From Psammoneis japonica (taxonomy: Eukaryota): 64,000 nt of DNA. The notes beneath the pieces are model-generated. The model was not told where the DNA came from, made no database searches, and saw nothing but the letters and a program-made list of their open reading frames with translations. A program made the position numbers and the translations under genes. The stretch lies in the NCBI GenBank assembly GCA_008632985.1, contig QPGO01000003.1:620001-684000 (forward strand), in the 5' to 3' direction. Below are positions 55,124 through 64,000 of this stretch, one piece after another; position 1 is the first letter of the stretch; each line of letters begins with the position of its first letter.

Positions 55124-55280
55124 TGACAATGAGCAATGAGTGTGAGATTTGGTATCGTATGAGGATTCAGGATGGATGATGCAATAAAGATCAAAAGGAA
55201 TGAGAAATAGAGTAAAAATTGCTGGACTTCCAATGATACGAAATACGCAGAGTCGTCAATTCTCTTTCTTTTCATTCCAT

Positions 55281-57128
55281 ATGACGGCCATACTGATGGT
55301 TTTGTTGTCCAAGCCGCCCCGCAGCTTCTGTGCACTGGGTGGTTTCCTTAGCCGATCCTTTTCTCCTCGTCCAGCATGCAGTACATGCTTCTGTTGGTCT
55401 CCAACAATTTACAGTTTTCGATTCGGAACTGAAAAGTTTCAGTGTGCTGGCGTAAGAATACCTGGATCAATGGAGAAATCAATCTGGAACACATATCTGA
55501 TGCCCAAATCACCACTCCACTCGAGAGCTCGTACTCCTAGGTTCTTTTCGGTGGCATCAGGAGGGAGGTATCCAGAAACGGCAGACGAAGAAGAAGAAGA
55601 TACCATTTATGCCTTATCGTCCGGATCCTTAGTTGGGCCTACTGCTGTAGCAGTGATTCGAATCACTGGCTCCAAGAGCCACGACGTATTACAATCTTTG
55701 ATTACACCGAGACAACGCTTACCACCAATTCGAAAAGCCGTAGTTCGAACCCTCTACAGTCCCGTGGATGGCACAACCTTGGATCAAGCACTGGTATTAC
55801 TCTTTTCAGCACCACAGTCGTTCACGGGCCAAGATGTGGTGGAACTACACTGTCACGGATCTCGTGCGGTTGTGCAGGGTGTACTGCAGGCACTCGAGAG
55901 TCAGATTCGCATGGCGGAGCGAGGAGAATTCACGCAACGGGCCTTTGTCAATGGAAAAGTAGACTTGCTAGGAGTTGAAGCGCTCGCCGATTTGCTTGCT
56001 GCGGATACGCAGAAGCAGCGACAGCTAGCACTGAACCAGCTGGAAGGAAACTTGTCCGATCTTTACAACAAATGGAGAGATTCGTTAGTTTCCGGTTTAG
56101 CTCACGCTGAAGCTGTTATTGATTTTGGAGACGATGAAGCGTTGTCGGAAGAAGAATGTAATGATTATGACCAAGGGCAAGAGTCGGTATGGTCGGGGGT
56201 AGAAGCAAAAATGGCATCGCTACGAAAAGAAATGAGGTTGCATCTAAAGGATGCTCATCGTGGTCAACTTGTGCGAGACGGCATTCGAATTGCCATTGTT
56301 GGTCCACCCAATGCTGGCAAGTCTTCTCTATTTAACCTTTTGGCTCAGCGAGAAGCTGCAATCGTATCACCAATAGCTGGGACAACACGAGATGTCTTGG
56401 AGTTAAACCTAGATTTGGGTGGAATCAAATGTACCCTCAGTGACACTGCCGGAGTAAGAGACGAAAGTACGAAAGATGTGATTGAAGTTGAGGGAATGAA
56501 ACGCGCACGAAAAGTGGCAGAGCAGGCTCACATTACAGTAGCCATGGTGGATGCTACGGATGCGCAAAGAGGAATGGCGGTTGTGAAAGAAATGCTGCAA
56601 AGTGATAGCAATAACGTAGAGCAACAAGAGCATGAACGGCAGGATACGACCGATCAGAACAATAAGAATACTATGCTGGTCCTCAACAAGCTTGATTTAT
56701 GGAGCGCTGGAGAAGAGCAGCAAGACAATGGGACAGTCCCTACCGCGTTGTTTGATACTCTTGACAACGAGTCGGTTAATGTCGGGGATGCTTTTGAGAT
56801 TAGCTGCGAGACAAATCAAGGCGTGGATGGTTTCTTGGAGGCCCTTACACAACGGGTTCTCGATCTAGTATCATTGGGCGCAACTGCTGAAAACTCTTTA
56901 TCTGTAGAGGGTGCTCTTATAACAAGGGAGAGACATCGTCGGCATGTGCAAGATGCAGCAGCGGCACTGGAACGATTTGAATCTCTCGCCAAGCAAGGGT
57001 ACATAGCAGTTGACATGGCTGCGGAAGAGCTCAGAGTGGCAGCATCAGAATTGGGTCGAATCACCGGTGCTGTCGACGTGGAAGATGTTCTCGATGTACT
57101 TTTTGCGGATTTCTGTATTGGAAAGTAA
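55281..57128 (+). CDS. mnmE: tRNA modification GTPase MnmE/TrmE (GTPBP3/MSS1), organellar; start uncertain
   Basis: DTIYALSSG, SFTGQDVVELHCHG, GPPNAGKSS, GTTRD, DTAG, NKLD and C-terminal FCIGK. Confidence 0.95.
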   Translation: MTAILMVLLSKPPRSFCALGGFLSRSFSPRPACSTCFCWSPTIYSFRFGTEKFQCAGVRIPGSMEKSIWNTYLMPKSPLHSRARTPRFFSVASGGRYPETADEEEEDTIYALSSGSLVGPTAVAVIRITGSKSHDVLQSLITPRQRLPPIRKAVVRTLYSPVDGTTLDQALVLLFSAPQSFTGQDVVELHCHGSRAVVQGVLQALESQIRMAERGEFTQRAFVNGKVDLLGVEALADLLAADTQKQRQLALNQLEGNLSDLYNKWRDSLVSGLAHAEAVIDFGDDEALSEEECNDYDQGQESVWSGVEAKMASLRKEMRLHLKDAHRGQLVRDGIRIAIVGPPNAGKSSLFNLLAQREAAIVSPIAGTTRDVLELNLDLGGIKCTLSDTAGVRDESTKDVIEVEGMKRARKVAEQAHITVAMVDATDAQRGMAVVKEMLQSDSNNVEQQEHERQDTTDQNNKNTMLVLNKLDLWSAGEEQQDNGTVPTALFDTLDNESVNVGDAFEISCETNQGVDGFLEALTQRVLDLVSLGATAENSLSVEGALITRERHRRHVQDAAAALERFESLAKQGYIAVDMAAEELRVAASELGRITGAVDVEDVLDVLFADFCIGK

Positions 57129-57692
57129 TCTCCTACAAGTCTAGAGAAATTGTACTCGTAGAAAGGTCCAAACCACGAACCCCTCCATCGTAAGCAGGGT
57201 CTCTTTGTAGAAAGCCAGTATAAAAAATGACAGTTGCATTATAGGTATTTATTGGGATTGTCACTGGAGCATTTACAAACACACAGGCGTAGAGATTTTC
57301 GTGCCACAAAATTAAGCGAAAAGGCTACCAACAATACATTCCTAGCAATGCTTAAGACTCGTCGACGAAAAGAACGTCAGTTTTCAATTGCGGCACCAGA
57401 TTGATTTCATTCGATCTACAGAGAAGGACGATTACCGTGACAAGAAATCGACAGCGTGTAGGCAGGCACTACATCCAGAGGACTACTACCGCAACAAGAA
57501 ATCGACAGCGATACGTACGAAGAAAGCATACACTATTATATACCAATGCATTCAACAAGAGAGTCAACATCTGGACCATGCTCTTGTTGATGTGACCAAA
57601 CGTTTCGAAACCTTCGCATTACAGAAACGTCGTCATTTGTCACGTCTAAGATAGCTGCCACTCAGAGCTTGGGGTCTGAAAAGTACTGTGGC

Positions 57693-60472
57693 TCAACCTT
57701 CTTTCTCTTCGGCCTTGAAAGAATCAGTTTGAACGTTGTCAGCTACATTTCCTGCTGACTCTGGTTTCTGGGCGGGAGCGGGTGGAACTGTGATTTCACA
57801 GGACAACGCAGGTGCCGGCTTTGACTGGTCTTCGTCTGCTTCTGATGCACATAGAGCAGTTGCATCATGGAGTGCGGACGCTTCGGCCTCCAGTTTCACC
57901 ACTGGCTCTTGTGCCGCCGAAAATGGAGCGCTCGACGGCTTCAATGTTTCTTGTTCCAAATCTTGGACTTGAGAAGATTCGAACTCTTTGACCGGAGCTG
58001 CCGCCGGTTTCGACGGTTCTTCTTCTGAAGCATCTGGGGCTCTGGGTGATGCGACCGCCGGTTTTGACGGCTCTTCTGCCGCCAGTTTCACTGACTCTTG
58101 TGCTGCCACAAACGGAGCACCGTCCGGTTTCAACAGTTCTTTTTCCGAATCTTGGGCTTGAGAAGATTCCGTCTCTTTCGCCGACACTGACGGAGCTGCC
58201 GCCGGTTTTGGCGTTTCTTCTTCTGAAGCATCTGGGACTCCTCTTGGAGGCACAGCCGCCGGTTTTGACGGCTCCTCCCAGGCAAACTCGTAGTCGTACC
58301 CTGGATATGTCGTCGATGCGAACAGTTTCGTTAGAGGTTTCAAAAGCGCTTCCATAACTGGGACGGAAAAAGCCTGTGGATGCGACAACAGCAGGGAAAA
58401 GCATTGGCAACATCATTGGCAGTATTTGGGGAGAAATCACAGCAGAACTCACATTTCCAATCAAGTGCTTGGCATAATCATCTGCGTGGAACCAAACAAC
58501 GTTGGTTTCGCCCTTTACGGGTGGTGCCAACTTCAGTGTGACAAAGGGCCACTCTGGGATGAGGTCGTATCTGTGACAATCGACGACATCGAGGTTGTGA
58601 TAGTTTCCTTTGAAAGTATGGTACTTTTCATCCAAAGCGTCCCTCCACTGGGGGCTCCGTCGGTCTGATATACAAGTGCTTTGTCCCGGAGGATGCCAAA
58701 CAAATCTTTGACTGAATTGTGTTGAAAGATTCAATTTTTCAAATAAGTCTCAAATAAGATGGCATGGTGTCGTCAAACCAGCTAAAAGAACTCACCTGGC
58801 CTTTCAACATAGTTTTCTGGGAAACCCATGAACTTCTCTCGCTCGGCCACAGTTAGCGGCCTTCCATGGTATCGTCCCTTTTTGTCTTTCTCCTTTTTGA
58901 AAACGTACATCCGAAGGGTATTTGGATCATCAATTCGTGTGCGAGACGCCATTATGCAATTGCATTTGACAAGAGTGTCCTGGCACACGATCTGCGCAGG
59001 CAAGTAGAACTTGCCTTCCAGACAGCACTCGGGATCCTGGAGCGGAAAAAGAAGCGGAACAACGGTTTGTGAGTGTGCTGAAAGCAACGCAAACGAAAGC
59101 GAAAGCACGAGATAGTCCCAACTCTTTTGCTCACCACTTCACTTGCTGCAGACGTATAGTGGAGATTCTCACATGGGATGTTTGTCCAAAAGTTCCGATT
59201 TCTCCTAGCAGGAGACACGTACATGGAATCGAACTTGACTGGATCAAATTCTGTAAACCCAAAGGCTTGGTTTACTGCTCCAAGGTCATCCCCAGTAATG
59301 ACAACATTTTCAGCCAAAAAGTACAATGGGTGTGGTTTCTGAATTGCTTCAATAATCCGAATGGCGTTGCCAAAATCCACAAGATAGCTGCCTTGCTTTC
59401 CTTCTGCGCCTCTACGATATGCATTTACCATGGAATAATCAACACACGGCGGGCCACCGATGACAATGTCGATTGGCCCGTGGTTTGCACACATGCAGGC
59501 AATGCTGTCTTGTCTGAAGCTGGAGCTTGGGTCTTCATCCTCACCAACCAGATCCTCCCATTTTTGGTACTCATAGACATGTTCGATTCCATCCGGCTCC
59601 AGGCCTTTGTCGCTGTACGACGCGTCATGGTTGGTTCGATAGACATGCGTTGCAACCTTGTCGTGCTCAATGTGAATAACTTTCTTGATACGAATTCCCA
59701 GACGCTTCAACGCCACAATTCCTGTTCCAACACCAGCAAAAGCTTCCAGAACAACTACACCTTGACGTTCTTCTGGGTTTTGCTCGCTTGTCTCTTTATG
59801 CTTGTCATAAGGTCTCTGCACACCTTCCACGAACTCAGAACTCGTCAAGAGCCTGTCATGTTCCCCTTCACACTCGTCTTCATTGTAAAATTGTGATTCT
59901 TGCTTTTTTGCGTTACAATATGCCTCGATAATTTGCTCTCCCTCTACCCATTCCATGGGCCGGGAAAATTCAGGCAAAAGCTCACCATCGCACATTTTTT
60001 CAAGGGCTTCATTGACAGCTGTCGTGAATGGATCACACCACTCGCTTTGACACTCCTCAATTTCTTCTGCTGTCTGTCCTGCTTTCGGAAGGACCCCATG
60101 ACAGCACTTAAGGTGGTAAAGGTGCCGTTCAGCGGGTGATTCAGCGGGTGAGATCCAATAGTCCACCTTTCCTTCGGCTGGAGCGTGGGCTTCGAGAGCA
60201 TGCAGCCTTTCCGGGTGCTTGTCACTACAATCACACCCAGAACAGCAGAATGGAACTTGCTTTTGAAGCGTCGCTTCATCTCCCTCTTCCGTACCACCAA
60301 ATCCCTTCTCCATGCGTTTGACTTGGTTCCGGGCTTTGCGACGAAGCGGCTCATGGAGCTCGTTGCGGCTGGGGTCTTCTTCTGTCGGCAATCCATCACT
60401 CTCTTTGTTGGTTGCTGCTGCAACTTGAGCCGGCTTCTCAACGCGAGGGGCCTTGCTACGACGGCGACCCAT
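57693..60472 (-). CDS. DNMT3-like C5-cytosine DNA methyltransferase; exons 60472-59135, 59036-58796, 58711 (or 58664)-58453 and 58373-57693
   Basis: Motif I LEAFAGVG, motif IV IVIGGPPC, motif VI FLAENVV, motif VIII ARRNRNFWTNIP, motif IX EREKFMGFPENY and spliced motif X LIGN/AFSVPVMEALLKPL. GT-AG introns. Confidence 0.88.
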
Positions 60473-60921
60473 GATAAATGAGAAGGATAGTGATAAAGAA
60501 TCAGTGTCGGTGTGTTTAAGGACAGAGTTTAAGTGTTTTAGGGCGTTTGCGGCTAAATCATGACACCGTACTCGTACCTTGTACCGTACCGGTAGTGCCT
60601 ACCACACACGTGCGTCACTCGTTGACAGAAGATTTGCGCGGGAAATAAATAACATGACTGAGCGAGTTCGTCCTATCCCAAATTCCAAAATAGCTACCGG
60701 TAGGGCCCAGAATGGGAAACTGCGATACCGTACGAGTGTACGGTAACCACATGAATGAAAGAAACCACTCAGCACATCATGAGAACAGCGTATCTTGGTT
60801 CTATTTTAAGTATGCATACCTGAGATGATTCAAGGTGGACCGGAAGTTAGTGCTTCCTTCGTTTCTTCCTTTTTTATGATGCCACAGGCTACGGTAGAAA
60901 TCATTTCACACTCACATTCTT

Positions 60922-61454
60922 CTAGCTCGGTCTTTGAGGTTTTGCTTCCTGCAATAGCGTAATTGCATCCCCCTTTAGCAAAATTCGACCCACTTCAGTT
61001 CGTTTCCCCGACTTTGTATCCAGCTCGACCGCGTCGTCCAACGTCATGTTCATGTACTCGTCAAAGCCGATAATCTGTCCCTCTATTTGCATCCGTGTGT
61101 CCTCAAACAACCAAATTATAACTCTTGTCTTTTTCTGTTTACGAAACAGAAAAGAAGGTGATGAGGGAATTGAATTTGTGAAAAGTGTATGGCCCTAGTA
61201 GCATGAATCAAACAGAACGACGCGTGATGCAAATAGCCGAGAACTAGAAATCACGGTCGAAACTACATACCGCCGCGCAAAATTCCGCTCTTACGAGCAT
61301 CCCGGTAGTACTCGACGTAGAAATAGGAATCCATTTACTCACACGCAGTTGGAGCTGAGCTGAACCAAACACAAATATGACGACTTACCTGAAGGTGCGA
61401 GAAAATGACATTGATTGGCAATGTCATCACCTTTTTCACTCGTTTCGGCGGCAT
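60922..61454 (-). CDS. SmE: Small nuclear ribonucleoprotein Sm E; exons 61454-61389 and 61134-60922
   Basis: MPPKRVKKVMTLPINVIFSHLQ joined to KKTRVIIWLFEDTRMQIEGQIIGFDEYMN...GRILLKGDAITL. Intron GTAAGT..CAG. Confidence 0.95.
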
Positions 61455-62388
61455 GATTGATGTGGTTTCTGATTGGAAAGCGTGGCGACGAAGGGTGAAA
61501 GCTCTGCAAGTAAGAAGAGCGACGGGGGCGTGGGGTGTGATCTTTCAAAAGCTTGTGCGGTTGATTGCGTTTGGTGGCGTCGCGCCGCCGCGCGGGAGTT
61601 CCCCACATAAGTAGACGGGCAGACATTTTCCCATGCGGGTACCTATGCTACATACCGGTACCTCTACTCTAGAGGTACCGCCCGCCAGTAAAAGTACTTA
61701 CCGTACTCTCTGTACTCTACTAACTCTACTCTCTAGGTAGCTACTCTAGAGCTAGCTACTAGTAGAGAGAGAGTAGTAGCTAGCTGGATTAGTAGAGTAG
61801 AGAGTACAACCTACTGTACGTCGTCTCTCTACTTCTATGGGAGTACTTTTAGAGTAGAGTAGCACTGTAGCTACTAGCTATTAAAATGACTATTACTCAA
61901 GCTACTTTGTTTCCTATCCACGGAGGCCGAGAAACTAGAGACTTGACTCTACTAGCTTTGTGTATGGGCCTGGTTTTCAATCCTTGCAAATGTACTGTAT
62001 TCAGTATGATGTGTGCGTGGTGGCGGAGACTATGAACCTCTAGGGCTATCCCTCTGTAGAAAACTAGTAGAGAGTAGCTATACCCACAGAGCTTTACCCT
62101 GCTTCAGCTGTTCCTTAACATAGACAAGGCATTGCAGGCAGATGCGCCCTCTAGAAAGCATTGTATTGCGAACTTGGCATGCGCACATGTTTCTAAAAAG
62201 AGTTGGTTCCGATAGCAGTTTTCCGAATCAACGCTTCTTTGTCGCCGCCACGGAGACTCATGAGCTTACAGACTGGGCTATCAGCGAATACGATATCACC
62301 TTCAGGACTGAGAATAATCGCGCGATCCAACCAGCCATCCGCCTGATTGCATATTAGACAAATCAAACTCTATGAAGTCCTTCCTCTT

Positions 62389-64000
62389 CTAGTCTGCTTT
62401 TGCTTGACGAAACAAGACGATTCTCATTACGGTCCCCCCAAGAGCTGCCATGTCATGATTTTCTCGTGCGACAAGCTCCAAAACCCCACCCATGCTTGTC
62501 ACGAGAGAACGCGCAATCTGAAGTCCCAATCCCGTACCCGAGACGGAACTTGTGGCCTTGCTCCGATAGCCGCGCTCAAACACAGCTTCATAGTCCGCGG
62601 GTGGGATGCCTGGACCATTATCTTCCATCACTATTGTCACTCCCGGTGGAACGGGGGATTGGTTGGCGACAAGTCGAACGATTACACGGGGGTTCCGTGT
62701 CGTTTCACCCTCTTTGGAGATCGTTACATACTTGAAGGCATTATCAAGCACATTTGAAACCGCTTCTTGCAATGACTTTTGGCACACCAAAACACCGGGA
62801 AGCTCGTCATTCTCAGCGCCAATTACTTGGAAATCAATTCCACGTTCAGCGGCAAGCACGGTAAAGGTGGAAAAGATTGGCTCAAGAATGTCGGAAACAA
62901 AAGCCATTTCTACCTCAACTTTGGACTTTTGTTTGGTCTTCTGTTTACGAACAGACAAACGGGTCTCGTCGTCCACTCGTTTCTTTTCCGTTTGAACCAT
63001 GTCAATGACGCTCGTATGATTCATCACAACATTGGTTCCAAGCTTTGATTCAGAAGTATCGTTTCTCCAGGGCGTTGGTTTCTTCTGATATTCTGCCAAG
63101 GCCGATGTGCCATCTAGATAAAACGGTGGCGACGACAAGGACGATGAGTCGCTGAGTGATGATACCAACGAGTCCATGGGTAAAAGCATGTCTGCCACGC
63201 GATCACTCTGAATCATCAAGTGCTGTGCCAATTCCATCAGTTCCGGCACATTAGTGCCTCCGGCACCCGTATCGACCGCATCGTCGTCTGTATCCGCAAC
63301 GCGTTGTTGCAATAATTTTCCAAACGTACGAAGCGCTTGCAAGGGGTTCTTTACCTGATGGACACTATCGGACAAGGAAAGACGAGCATTGTCAAGTCTG
63401 GTTTCGGCATCTGCCCGCTCCATATCCATGGAGAGTGCCAAGGACAAGCTTTGAGCCGCTCTGGATATTTGATCACGGTCCTCTTGTGTCCACGAAGCAT
63501 TGCTTTCCGTATCGCGTTGTTCGAGTTGGGGCGATGGCCAAACGAGTAGGACACCCACGGTTTGAGCTCCTAGAAAGAGTGGTACCGACAAGGCCGCTGG
63601 ACCACCCTTGGAACGGGTATCGCACAAGACTTCTTCCACGACACCCACACCAGCATCGCCCGAAGATGAAACCATGGGATATCCTGGTATAAGAGAAGAC
63701 GCATGAGCAAATCCTGGTAGTTTGGTGAGTGTTTTGGGTAGTGTCGGCGCAACTCCCGATTTGGCATGCGATGCAATAAAGACTCGTTCCGAAGAAGGGT
63801 GTGGGTATAAAACGGCCGGAACAAAATTCTAATTGTCCCGTTTCCATGTTTTCTTGTGGCAAATAAAGAGCAATGGATCCGATTTTGCGCCGCCCTTGTA
63901 GGGCATGGGCCAAGAGTTCCAGTTGGTTTTGTGCCAAATTGACAAACAGGGGGGACGGCATGGCTGGAATGGGACTCGGTAGCTGCTCCTGCTGAGCATC
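62389..64000 (-). CDS. CSK: Chloroplast sensor kinase (CSK/Hik2-like GAF-HisKA-HATPase), 5' partial, with an apparent 1-nt frameshift near 63825
   Basis: H box HQVKNPLQALRTFGKLL, N box NVLDNAFKY, G1 EDNGPGI, F box VFERGYR and G2 GTGLGL. Confidence 0.8.

Noticed and set aside
61135..61388. Longer-than-usual SmE intron as a snoRNA host
   Set aside because: No convincing C/D or H/ACA boxes seen by eye.
63820..63830. Frameshift in CSK as programmed recoding or pseudogenisation
   Set aside because: It sits in a 4-base homopolymer, and removing one base restores EFVPAVLYPHP. Most likely a sequencing or assembly indel.

Overview
Eukaryotic nuclear DNA, most likely from a diatom (inferred from the gene content and short GT-AG introns). 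Gene islands alternate with long blocks of decayed repeats. Genes: a partial PH-domain protein; a giant secreted Pro/Ser-repeat protein of about 3,400 aa; a type II membrane FG-GAP/beta-propeller protein; an HCF164-like thioredoxin; a bromodomain-ET protein; a SYLF-domain gene; MnmE; a DNMT3-like C5 DNA methyltransferase; SmE; and a CSK/Hik2-like sensor kinase. Mobile elements: an RT-less Ty3/gypsy-type LTR element, a TRIM, and LINE and Helitron-helicase relics. Main observation: about 27 kb of the repeat blocks are almost free of TpA. The paired LTRs show why. TpA has been converted to CpA or TpG on both strands (T:A>C:G), the reverse direction of fungal RIP, which points to a region-targeted hypermutation process. 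Both LTR elements carry tRNA-like Pol III cassettes. The DNA just downstream of one cassette has largely escaped the mutation, and promoter regions form TpA-rich islands. Alignments and counts were done by eye, and protein family calls rest on motif recognition, not database searches.
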